Assembly (NCBI RefSeq): GCF_963921235.1 | Contig: NC_086108.1 | Location: 31,126,001-31,190,000 of the forward strand | From: Mobula hypostoma | Lineage: Eukaryota | Direction: 5' to 3' | DNA: 64,000 nt | Shown here: piece after piece, positions 36,401-50,072 of the stretch | How the letters are laid out: each line of letters starts with the position of its first letter | How positions within the stretch are numbered: the first letter of the stretch is position 1 | Notes under the pieces: generated by a model | Databases searched by the model: none | Told to the model about the DNA's origin: nothing | The model's input: the letters and a program-made list of their open reading frames with translations, nothing else | Translations under genes and position numbers: made by a program

Positions 36401-39400
36401 CCCATCCCCCTCACCCGGTCTCCTATATCACCGCCCTGTTTCTCAACTTATCCCCCATCCCACTGACCTCGTTTCATATATCACTTCACAGTTTCTCACC
36501 TTATCCCTCATCCCCCTAACCCGGTCTCATACATCACCTCCCAGTTTCTCACGTTATCCCCCATCCCCCTCACTCGGTCTCATATATCACCTACCAGTTT
36601 CTCACCTTATCCCCCATCCCCCTCACCTCATCTCATATATCACTTCACAGTTTCTCATCTTATCCCCCATACCCCTCACCCGGTCTCATATATCACCTCC
36701 CAGTTTCTCACGTTATCCCCCATCCCCATCACCTGGTCTCAATTATCACTTCACAGTTTCTCACCTTATCCCTCATCCCCCTAACCCGGTCTCATACATC
36801 ACCTCCCAGTTTCTCACGTTATCCCCCGTCCCCCTCGCCTGGTCTCATATATCACCTCCCAGTTTCTCACGTTATCCCCCATCCCCTTCACCTGGTCTCA
36901 ATTATCACTTCACAGTTTCTCACCTTATCCCCCATCACCCTCACCTAGTCTCAAAGATCACCTCCCAGTTTCTCACCTTATCTCCCGTCCCCCTCGCCCG
37001 GTCTCATATATTACCTCCCAGTTTCTCACCTTTCCCCCATCCCCTTCACCTCGTCTCATATATCGCTTCCAGGTTCCTCACGTTATCCCTTAACCCCCTC
37101 ACCTGGTCTCATATATCACCTCCAAATTTCTCTCCTTATTCTCCCATTCCCCTCACCTGGTCTCATATATCACCTCCCAGTTTCTCAAGTTATCCCCCAT
37201 TCCCCTCACCTGGTATCATATATCACCTCCCAGATTCTCACCTTATCCCCCATCCCACTGTCCTGGTCTCATAGATTACCTCCCAGTTTCTCACCTTATC
37301 CCCCATCCCCCTCACCTGTTCTCATATATCACCTCCTAGTTTCTCAGGTTATCCCCGGTCCCCCTCACATTGTCTCATATATCACCTCCAAGTTTCTCAC
37401 GTTATCCCCGGTCCCCCTCACCTGGTCTCATATATCACCTCCCAGTTTCTCACCTTATTCCCTCATCCCCCTCACCTCGTCTCATATATCACCTCCCAGA
37501 TTCTCACGTTATCCCCCGTTCCCCTCTCCTGGTCTCATATATCACCTCCCCGTTTCTCACGTTATCCCCCATCCCCTCACCTGGTCTCACAGAGCACCTC
37601 CCAGTTTCTCACCTTATCCCCCATCCCCCTCGCCCGGTCTCATATATCACATCCCAGTTTCTCACCTTTCCCCCATCCCCTTCACCTCGTCTCATATATC
37701 ACTTCCCAGTTTCTCACGTTATTTCACAACACCCTCAACTGGTCTCATATATCACCTCCCAGTTTCTCACCTTATTCCCCCATGCCCCTCACCTGGTCTC
37801 ATACATCACGTCCCAGTTTCTCACGTTATCCCCCATCCCCGTCACCCGGTGTCATATATCACCTCCAAGTTTCTCACCTGATCCCCCATCCCCCTCACCT
37901 GGCCTCATATATATCCTCCCAGTTTCTCACCTTATCCCCCATCCCCCTCACCTCATTTCATATATCACCTACCTGTTTCTCACGTTATCCCCCATCCCCC
38001 TCACCTGGTCTCATATGTCACCTCCCAGTTTCTCACCTTATCCCCCATTCCACTCACCTCGTCTCATATATCACCTCCCAGTTTCTCACGTTATCCTCCA
38101 ACCTCCTCACCTGGTCTCATATATCACTTCACAGTTTCTCACCCTATCTCCCATCCTTCTCACCCGGTCTCATATATCACCTCCCAGTTTCTCATCTTAT
38201 CTTCCATCCCCCTCACCTGGTCTCATATATCACCTCCCAGTTTCTCACCTTATACCCCATCCCCCTCACCTCGTCTCATATATCACCTCCCAGTTTCTCA
38301 CGTTATCTCCCATCCCCCTCACCTGGTCTCATATATCACCTCCCAGTTTGTCACGTTATCCTCCATCCCACTCACCGGGTCTCATATATCACCTCCCAAT
38401 TTCTCACCTTATCCCCCATCCCCCTCACCTGGTCTCATATATCACCTCCCAGATCCTCATGTTATATCGCATCCCCCTCACCTGGTCTCATATATCACCT
38501 CCCAGTTTCTCACCATATCCCCCATCCACCTCACCTGGTCTCATATATCACCTCCCGGTTTCTCACCTTATCCCCCATCCCCCTCACCTACTCTCATATA
38601 TCACCTCCCGGTTTCTCACGTTATACCCCGTCCCTCTCACTCGGTCTCATATATCACCTCCCAGTTTCTCACGTTATCCACCATCCCCCTCACTCGGTCT
38701 CATATATCACCTACCAGTTTCTCACCTTATCTCCCATCCCCCTCACCTCATCTCATATATCACTTCACAGTTTCTCATATTATCCCCCATACCCCTCACC
38801 CGGTCTCATATATCACCTCCCAGTTTCTCATGTTATCCCCCATCCCCATCACCTGGTCTGAATTATTACTTTGCAGTTTCTCACCTTATCCCCCATTCCC
38901 CTCACCCGATCTCATATATCACCGCCCTGTTTCTCACCTTATCCCCTATCCCACTGACCTCGTTTCATATATCACTTCACAGTTTCTCACCTTCTCCCTC
39001 ATCCCCCTAACCCGGTCTCATACATCACCTCCCAGTTTCTCACGTTATCCCCCGTCCCCCTCACCTGGTCTCATATATCACCTCCCAGTTTCTAACATTA
39101 TCCCCCATCCCCCTCACCTGTTCTCATATATCACCTCCCAGTTTCAAACGTTATCCCCCATCCCCCTCACCTGGTCTCATATATCACCTCTCACTTTCTC
39201 ACGTTATCTCCCGTCCCCCTCCCCTGGTCTCATATATCACCTCCCGGTTTCTCACCTTATCCCCCATCCCCATCACCCCGTCTCATATATCACTTCACAG
39301 TTTCTCACCTTATCCCCCATCCCCCTCACCCGGTCTCTAATATCACCTCCCAGTTTCTCAACTTATCCTCCATCCCCCTCACCTCGTCTCATAAAACACT

Positions 39401-42225
39401 TCCCAGTTTCTCAAGTTATCCCCCATCCCCGTCACCCGGTCTCATATATCACCTCCAAGTTTCTCACTTTATCCCCCATCGCCCTCACCTGGTCTCATGT
39501 ATCACCTCTCAGTTTCTCACCTTATCCCCCATCCCCCTCACCTCGTCTCATATATCACCACCCAGTTTCTTACGTTATCCCCCGTCCCGCTCACCTGGTC
39601 TCATTTATCACCTCCCAGTTCCTCACGTTATCCCCCAGCCCCCTCACCTGGTCTCATATATCACCTCCCTGTTTCTCACCTTATCCCCCATCCCCCTCAC
39701 CTGGTCTCATATATCACCTACCAGTTTCTCACGTTATCCCCAATCCCCATCACCTGGTCTCAGTTATCACTTCGCAGTTTCTCACCTTATCCCCCATCCC
39801 CCTCACCCGGTCTCATATATCACCGCCCTGTTTCTCACCTTATTCCCCATCCCACTGACCTCGTTTCATATATCACTTCACAGTTTCTCACCTTATCCCT
39901 CATCCCCCTAACCCGGTCTCATACATCACCTCCCAGTTTCTCACGTTATCCCCCATCCCCCTCACTCGGTCTCATATATCACCTACCAGTTTCTCACCTT
40001 ATCCCCCATCCCCATCACCTGGTCTCAATTATCACTTCACAGTTTCTCACCTTATCCCTCATCCCCCTAACCCGGTCTCATACATCACCTCCCAGTTTCT
40101 CATGTTATCCCCCGTCCCCCTCACCTGGTCTCATATATCACCTCCCAGTTTCTCACGTTATCCCCCATCCCCATCACCTGGTCTCAATTATCACTTCACA
40201 GTTTCTCACCTTATACCCCATCCCCCTCACCTGGTCTCAAAGATCACCTCCCAGTTTCGAACCTTATCTCCCGTCCCCCTCGCCCGGTCTCATATATTAC
40301 CTCCCAGTTTCTCACCTTTCCCCCATCCCCTTCACCTCGTCTCATATATCACTTCCAGGTTTCTCACGTTATCCCTTAACCCCCTCACCTGGTCTCATAT
40401 ATCACCTCCAAATTTCTCTCCTTATTCTCCCATCCCCCTCACCTGGTCTCATATATCACCTCCCAGTTTCTCAAGTTATCCCCCATTCCCCTCACCTGGT
40501 ATCATATATCACCTCCCAGTTTCTCACCTTATCCCCCATCCCACTCTCCTGGTCTCATAGATCACCTCCCAGTTTCTCACGTTATCTCCCATCCCCCTCA
40601 CCTGTTCTCATATATCACCTCCTAGTTTCTCAGGTTATCCCCGGTCCCCCTCACCTTGTCTCATATATCACCTCCAAGTTTCTCACGTTATCCCCGGTCC
40701 CCCTCACCTGGTCTCATATATCACCTCCCAGTTTCTCACCTTATTCCCGCATCCCCCTCACCTCGTCTCATATATCACCTCCCAGATTCTCACGTTATCC
40801 CCCGTTCCCCTCACCTGGTCTCATATATCACCTCCCAGTTTCTCACGTTAACTCCCATCCCCCTCACCTGCTCTCATATATCACCTCCCCGTTTCTCACG
40901 TTATCCCCCATCCCCCTCACCTGGTCTCACAGAGCACCTCCCAGTTTCTCACCTTATCCGCCATCCCCCTCGCCCGGTCTCATATATCACATCCCAGTTT
41001 CTCACCTTTCCCCCATCCCCTTCACCTCGTCTCATATATCACCTCCCAGTTTCTCACCTTATTCCCCCATGCCCCTCACCTGGTCTCATACATTACGTCC
41101 CAGTTTCTCACGTTATCCCCCATCCCCGTCACCCGGTGTCATATATCACCTCCAAGTTTCTCACCTGATCCCCCATCCCCCTCACCTGGCCTCATATATA
41201 TCCTCCCAGTTTCTCACCTTATCCCCCATCCCCCTCACCTCATTTCATATATCACCTACCTGTTTTTCACGTTATCCCCCGTCCCCCTCACCTGGTCTCA
41301 TATGTCACCTCCCAGTTTCTCACCTTATCCCCCATTCCACTCACCTCGTCTCATATATCCCCTCCCAGTTTCTCACGTTATCCCCCAACCTCCTCACCTG
41401 GTCTCATATATCACTTCACAGTTTCTCACCCTATCTCCCATCCTTCTCACCCGGTCTCATATATCACCTCCCAGTTTCTCATCTTATCCTCCATCCCCCT
41501 CACCTGGTCTCATATATCACCTCCCAGTTTCTCACCTTATACCCCATCCCCCTCACCTCGTCTCATTTATCACCTCCCAGTTTCTCACGTTATCTCCCAT
41601 CCCCCTCACCTGGTCTCATATATCACCTCCCAGTTTCTCACCTTATCCCCCATCCGACTCTCCTGGTCTCATATATCACCTCCCGGTTTCTCACCTTATC
41701 CCCCATCCCCCTCACCTGCTCTCATATATCACCTCCCGGTTTCTCACGTTATACCCCGTCCCTCTCACTCGGTCTCATATATCACCTCCCAGTTTCTCAC
41801 GTTATCCCCCATCCCCCTCACTCGGTCTCATATATCACCTACCAGTTTCTCACCTTATCTCCCATCCCACTCACCTCATCTCTTATATCACTTCACAGTT
41901 TCTCATCTTATCCCCCATACCGCTCACCCGGTCTCATATATCACCTCCCAGTTTCTCACGTTATCCCCCATCCCCATCACCTGGTCTGAATTATTACTTT
42001 GCAGTTTCTCACCTTATCCCCCATCCCCCTCACCCGATCTCATATATCACCGCCCTGTTTCTCACCATATCCCCCATCCCACTGACCTCGTTTCATATAT
42101 CACTTCACAGTTTCTCACCTTCTCCCTCATCTCCCTAACCCGGTCTCATACATCACCTCCCAGTTTCTCACGTTATCCCCCGTCCCCCTCACCTGGTCTC
42201 ATATATCACCTCCCAGTTTCTAACA

Positions 42226-45200
42226 TTATCCCCCATCCCCCTCTCCTGTTCTCATATATCACCTCCCAGTTTCAAACGTTATCCCCCGTCCCCCTCACAT
42301 GGTCTCATATATCACCTCTCACTTTCTCACGTTATCTCCCGTCCCCCTCCCCTGGTCTCATATATTAACGCCCGGTTTCTCACCTTATCCCCCATCCCCA
42401 TCACCCCGTCTCATATATCACTTCACAGTTTCTCACCTTATCCCCCATCCCCCTCACCCGGTCTCTAATATCACCTCCCAGTTTGTCACCTTATCCTTCA
42501 TCCCCCTCACCTCGTCTCATAAAACACTTCCAAGTTTCTCAAGTTATCCCCCATCCCCGTCACCCGGTCTCATATATCACATCCAAGTTTCTCACCTTAT
42601 CCCCCATCGCCCTCACCTGGTCTCATGTATCACCTCCCAGTTTCTCACCTTATCCCCTATCCCCCTCACCTGGTCTCATATATCACCTCCCAGTTTCTCA
42701 CGTTATCCCCCATCCACTTCACCTCGTCTCATATATCACCACCTAGCTTCTTACGTAATCCCCCGTCCCGCTCACCTGGTCTCATTTATCACCTCCCAGT
42801 TCCTCACGTTATCCCCCATCCCCCTCACCTGGTCTCATATATCACCTCCCTGTTTCTCACCTTATCCCCCATCCCCCTCACCTGGTCTCATATATCACCT
42901 CCCAGTTTCTCACGTTATCCCCCATCCCCCTCGGTCTCATATATCACCAACCAGTTTCTCACCTTATCCCCCATCCCCCTCACCTCATCTCATATATCAC
43001 TTCACAGTTTCTCATCTTATCCCGCATACCCCTCACCCGGTCTCATTTATCACCTCCCAGTTTCTCACCTTATCCCCCATCCCCCTCACCCGGTCTCATA
43101 TATCACCGCCCTGTTTCTCACCTTATCCCCCATCCCACTGACCTCGTTTCATATATCACTTCACAGTTTCTCACCTTATCCCTCATCCCCCTAACCCGGT
43201 CTCATACATCACCTCCCAGTTTCTCACGTTATCCCCCGTCCCCCTCACCTGGTCTCATATATCACCTCCCAGTTTCTCACGTTATCCCCCATCCCCCTCA
43301 CTCGGTCTCATATATCACCTACCAGTTTCTCACCTTATCCCCCATCCCCCTCACCTCATCTCATATATCACTTCACAGTTTCTCATCTTATCCCCCATAC
43401 CCCTCACCCGGTCTCATATATCACCTCCCAGTTTCTCACGTTATCCCCCATCCCCATCACCCCGTCTCATATATCACTTCACAGTTTCTCAACTTATCCC
43501 CCATCCCCCTCACCCGGTCTCTAATATCACCTCCCAGTTTCTCAACTCATCCTCCATCACCCTCACCTCGTCTCATAAAAGACTTCCCAGTTTCTCACGT
43601 TATCCCCCATCCCCGTCACCCGGTCACATATATCACCTCCAAGTTTCTCACCTTATCACCCATCGCCCTCACCTGGTCTCATGTATCACCTCCCAGTTTC
43701 TCACCTTATCCCCCATCATCCTCACATCGTCTCATATATCACCACCCAGTTTCTCACGTTATCCCCCGTCCCGCTCACCTGGTCTCATTCATCACCTCCC
43801 AGTTCCTCACGTTATCCCCCATCCCCCTCACCTGGTCTCATATATCACCTCCCGGTTTCTCACCTTATCCCCCATCCCCCTCACCTCATCTCATATAGCA
43901 CTTCACAGTTTCTCACCTTATCCCACATCCCACTCACCCGGTCTCATATATCACCTCCCAGTTTCGCACCTTATCCCGCATCCCCCTCACCTCGTCTCAT
44001 CTATCACTTACCAGTTGCTCACGTTATCCCCCATCCCACTCACCTGGTCTCATATATCACCTCCCCTTTACTCACGTTATCCCCCATCCCCCTCACCTGG
44101 TCTCATAGATCACCTCCCAGTTTCTCACGTTATCCCCTATCCCCCTCACCCGGTCTCATATATCACCTCCCAGTTTCTCACCTTATCCCCATCCCCTTCA
44201 CCTCGTCTCATATATCACTTCCCAGTTTCTCACGTTATCCACCATCCCCCTCACCTGGTCTCATATATCACCTCCCAGTTTATCACGTTATCCCCCATCG
44301 CCCTCACCTCATCTCATATATCACCTCCCAGTTTCTCACGTTATCCCCCATCCCCCTCACCTGGTCTCATATATTACCTCCCAGTTTCTCATTTTATCCC
44401 CCATCCCCCTCACCTCATCTCATATATCACCTCCCGGTTTCTCACGTTATCCCCCATCCCCCTCACCTGGTCTCATATATCACCTCCCAGTTTCTCAACT
44501 TATCCCCCATCCCCCTCACCTGGTCTCATATATCACCTCCCGGATTCTCACCTTATCCCCCATTCCCCTCACCCGGTCTCATAAATCACCTCCCAGTTTC
44601 TCACCTTATCCCCCATCCCCCTCACCTCGTCTCATATATCACTTCCCAGTTTCTCACGTTATCCCCCATCCCCCTCACCTGGTCTCATAGATCATCTCCC
44701 AGTTTCTCACGTTATCCCCCATCCCCCTCACCTGGTCTCATATATCACCTCCCAGTTTCTCACGTTATCCCCCATCCCCCTCAGCTCGTCTCATACATCA
44801 CCTCCCAGTTTCTCACGTTATCCCCCGTCCCGCTCACCTGGTCTCATTTATCACCTCCCAGTTCCTCACGTTATCCCCCATCCCCCTCACCTGGTCTCAT
44901 ATATCACCTCCCGGTTTCTCACCTTATCCCCCATCCCCCTCACCTCATCTCATATAGCACTTCACAATTTCTCACCTTATTCCACATCCCCCTCACCCGG
45001 TCTCATATATCACCTCCCAGTTTCGCACCTTATCCCGCATCCCCCTCACCTCGACTCATATATCACTTACCAGTTGCTCACGTTATCCCCCATCCCACTC
45101 ACCTGGTCTCATATATCACCTCCCCTTTTCTCACGTTATCCCCCATCCCCCTCACCTCGTCTCATACATCACGTCCCAGTTTCTCACGTTATCCACCCTC

Positions 45201-48200
45201 CCCCTCACGTGGTCTCATATATCACCTCCGAGTTTCTCACGTTATCCCCCATCCACCTCACCTCGTCTCATACATCACGTCCCAGTTTCTCACATTATCC
45301 ACCCTCCCCCTCACGTGGTCTCATATATCACCTCCGAGTTTCTCACGTTATCCCCCATCTCCCTCACCTCATCTCATATATCACCTCCCAGTTTATCACG
45401 TTATCCCCCATCCCACTCTCCTGGTCTCATAGATCACCTCCCAGTTTCTCACGTTATCCCCCATCCCCCTCACCTGGTCTCATATATCACTTCCTAGTTT
45501 CTCACGTTATCCCACATACACCTCACCTCATCTCATATATCACCTCCCAGTTTCTCACATTATCCCCCATCGCCCTCACTTCATCTCATATATCACCTCC
45601 CAGTTTCTCACGTTATCCCCCATCCCCCTCACCTGGTCTCATTTATCACCTCCCAGTTTCTCACGTTACCCCCATCCCCCTCACCTCGTCGCATATATCA
45701 CGTCCCAGTTTCTCACGTTATCCCCCATCCCCCTCACCTGGTCTCATTTATCATCTCCCCGTTTCTGATTTTATCCCCCATCCCCCTCACCTCATCTCAT
45801 ATATCACCTCCCAGTTTCTCCCGTTATCCCCCATCCCCTTCACCTGGTCTCATATATCACTTCCCGGTTTCTCACCTTATCCCCCATCCCCCTCACCCGG
45901 TCTCATAAATCACCTCCAAGTTTCTAACATTATCCCCCATCGCCCTCACCTGGTCTCTTGTATCACCTCCCACATTCTCACCTTATCCCCCATCCCCCTC
46001 ACCTCGTCTCATATATCACCACCCAGTTTCTCACGTTATCCCCCGTCCCGCTCACCTGGTCTCATATATCACCTCCCAGTTCCTCACGTTATCCCCCACC
46101 CCCTCACCTGGTCTCATATATCACCTCCCAGTTTCTCACCTTATCCCCCATCCCCCTCTCCTGTTCTCATATATCACCTCCCAGTTTCAAACGTTATCCC
46201 CCGTCCCCCTCACATGGTCTCATATATCACCTCTCACTTTCTCACGTTATCTCCCGTCCCCCTCCCCTGGTCTCATATATTAACGCCCGGTTTCTCACCT
46301 TATCCCCCATCCCCATCACCCCGTCTCATATATCACTTCACAGTTTCTCACCTTATCCCCCATCCCCCTCACCCGGTCTCTAATATCACCTCCCAGTTTG
46401 TCACCTTATCCTTCATCCCCCTCACCTCGTCTCATAAAACACTTCCAAGTTTCTCAAGTTATCCCCCATCCCCGTCACCCGGTCTCATATATCACATCCA
46501 AGTTTCTCACCTTATCCCCCATCGCCCTCACCTGGTCTCATGTATCACCTCCCAGTTTCTCACCTTATCCCCTATCCCCCTCACCTGGTCTCATATATCA
46601 CCTCCCAGTTTCTCACGTTATCCCCCATCCACTTCACCTCGTCTCATATATCACCACCTAGCTTCTTACGTAATCCCCCGTCCCGCTCACCTGGTCTCAT
46701 TTATCACCTCCCAGTTCCTCACGTTATCCCCCATCCCCCTCACCTGGTCTCATATATCACCTCCCTGTTTCTCACCTTATCCCCCATCCCCCTCACCTGG
46801 TCTCATATATCACCTCCCAGTTTCTCACGTTATCCCCCATCCCCCTCGGTCTCATATATCACCAACCAGTTTCTCACCTTATCCCCCATCCCCCTCACCT
46901 CATCTCATATATCACTTCACAGTTTCTCATCTTATCCCGCATACCCCTCACCCGGTCTCATTTATCACCTCCCAGTTTCTCACCTTATCCCCCATCCCCC
47001 TCACCCGGTCTCATATATCACCGCCCTGTTTCTCACCTTATCCCCCATCCCACTGACCTCGTTTCATATATCACTTCACAGTTTCTCACCTTATCCCTCA
47101 TCCCCCTAACCCGGTCTCATACATCACCTCCCAGTTTCTCACGTTATCCCCCGTCCCCCTCACCTGGTCTCATATATCACCTCCCAGTTTCTCACGTTAT
47201 CCCCCATCCCCCTCACTCGGTCTCATATATCACCTACCAGTTTCTCACCTTATCCCCCATCCCCCTCACCTCATCTCATATATCACTTCACAGTTTCTCA
47301 TCTTATCCCCCATACCCCTCACCCGGTCTCATATATCACCTCCCAGTTTCTCACGTTATCCCCCATCCCCATCACCCCGTCTCATATATCACTTCACAGT
47401 TTCTCAACTTATCCCCCATCCCCCTCACCCGGTCTCTAATATCACCTCCCAGTTTCTCAACTCATCCTCCATCACCCTCACCTCGTCTCATAAAAGACTT
47501 CCCAGTTTCTCACGTTATCCCCCATCCCCGTCACCCGGTCACATATATCACCTCCAAGTTTCTCACCTTATCACCCATCGCCCTCACCTGGTCTCATGTA
47601 TCACCTCCCAGTTTCTCACCTTATCCCCCATCATCCTCACATCGTCTCATATATCACCACCCAGTTTCTCACGTTATCCCCCGTCCCGCTCACCTGGTCT
47701 CATTCATCACCTCCCAGTTCCTCACGTTATCCCCCATCCCCCTCACCTGGTCTCATATATCACCTCCCGGTTTCTCACCTTATCCCCCATCCCCCTCACC
47801 TCATCTCATATAGCACTTCACAGTTTCTCACCTTATCCCACATCCCACTCACCCGGTCTCATATATCACCTCCCAGTTTCGCACCTTATCCCGCATCCCC
47901 CTCACCTCGTCTCATCTATCACTTACCAGTTGCTCACGTTATCCCCCATCCCACTCACCTGGTCTCATATATCACCTCCCCTTTACTCACGTTATCCCCC
48001 ATCCCCCTCACCTGGTCTCATAGATCACCTCCCAGTTTCTCACGTTATCCCCTATCCCCCTCACCCGGTCTCATATATCACCTCCCAGTTTCTCACCTTA
48101 TCCCCATCCCCTTCACCTCGTCTCATATATCACTTCCCAGTTTCTCACGTTATCCACCATCCCCCTCACCTGGTCTCATATATCACCTCCCAGTTTATCA

Positions 48201-50072
48201 CGTTATCCCCCATCGCCCTCACCTCATCTCATATATCACCTCCCAGTTTCTCACGTTATCCCCCATCCCCCTCACCTGGTCTCATATATTACCTCCCAGT
48301 TTCTCATTTTATCCCCCATCCCCCTCACCTCATCTCATATATCACCTCCCGGTTTCTCACGTTATCCCCCATCCCCCTCACCTGGTCTCATATATCACCT
48401 CCCAGTTTCTCAACTTATCCCCCATCCCCCTCACCTGGTCTCATATATCACCTCCCGGATTCTCACCTTATCCCCCATTCCCCTCACCCGGTCTCATAAA
48501 TCACCTCCCAGTTTCTCACCTTATCCCCCATCCCCCTCACCTCGTCTCATATATCACTTCCCAGTTTCTCACGTTATCCCCCATCCCCCTCACCTGGTCT
48601 CATAGATCATCTCCCAGTTTCTCACGTTATCCCCCATCCCCCTCACCTGGTCTCATATATCACCTCCCAGTTTCTCACGTTATCCCCCATCCCCCTCAGC
48701 TCGTCTCATACATCACCTCCCAGTTTCTCACGTTATCCCCCGTCCCGCTCACCTGGTCTCATTTATCACCTCCCAGTTCCTCACGTTATCCCCCATCCCC
48801 CTCACCTGGTCTCATATATCACCTCCCGGTTTCTCACCTTATCCCCCATCCCCCTCACCTCATCTCATATAGCACTTCACAATTTCTCACCTTATTCCAC
48901 ATCCCCCTCACCCGGTCTCATATATCACCTCCCAGTTTCGCACCTTATCCCGCATCCCCCTCACCTCGACTCATATATCACTTACCAGTTGCTCACGTTA
49001 TCCCCCATCCCACTCACCTGGTCTCATATATCACCTCCCCTTTTCTCACGTTATCCCCCATCCCCCTCACCTCGTCTCATACATCACGTCCCAGTTTCTC
49101 ACGTTATCCACCCTCCCCCTCACGTGGTCTCATATATCACCTCCGAGTTTCTCACGTTATCCCCCATCCACCTCACCTCGTCTCATACATCACGTCCCAG
49201 TTTCTCACATTATCCACCCTCCCCCTCACGTGGTCTCATATATCACCTCCGAGTTTCTCACGTTATCCCCCATCTCCCTCACCTCATCTCATATATCACC
49301 TCCCAGTTTATCACGTTATCCCCCATCCCACTCTCCTGGTCTCATAGATCACCTCCCAGTTTCTCACGTTATCCCCCATCCCCCTCACCTGGTCTCATAT
49401 ATCACTTCCTAGTTTCTCACGTTATCCCACATACACCTCACCTCATCTCATATATCACCTCCCAGTTTCTCACATTATCCCCCATCGCCCTCACTTCATC
49501 TCATATATCACCTCCCAGTTTCTCACGTTATCCCCCATCCCCCTCACCTGGTCTCATTTATCACCTCCCAGTTTCTCACGTTACCCCCATCCCCCTCACC
49601 TCGTCGCATATATCACGTCCCAGTTTCTCACGTTATCCCCCATCCCCCTCACCTGGTCTCATTTATCATCTCCCCGTTTCTGATTTTATCCCCCATCCCC
49701 CTCACCTCATCTCATATATCACCTCCCAGTTTCTCCCGTTATCCCCCATCCCCTTCACCTGGTCTCATATATCACTTCCCGGTTTCTCACCTTATCCCCC
49801 ATCCCCCTCACCCGGTCTCATAAATCACCTCCAAGTTTCTAACCTTATCCCCCATCGCCCTCACCTGGTCTCTTGTATCACCTCCCACATTCTCACCTTA
49901 TCCCCCATCCCCCTCACCTCGTCTCATATATCACCACCCAGTTTCTCACGTTATCCCCCGTCCCGCTCACCTGGTCTCATATATCACCTCCCAGTTCCTC
50001 ACGTTATCCCCCACCCCCTCACCTGGTCTCATATATCACCTCCCAGTTTCTCACCTTATCCCCCATCCCCCT
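42226..50072 (+). repeat. Near-identical 3915-bp tandem duplication (~74 monomers); third copy starts ~52385
   Basis: Identical spurious ORFs at 42483/46398, 42625/46540, 43681/47596 and 44015/47930 (offset 3915). Rare variant CTCTCCTGTT...TTCAAACG occurs at 42241, 46156 and 52400. Confidence 0.9.
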
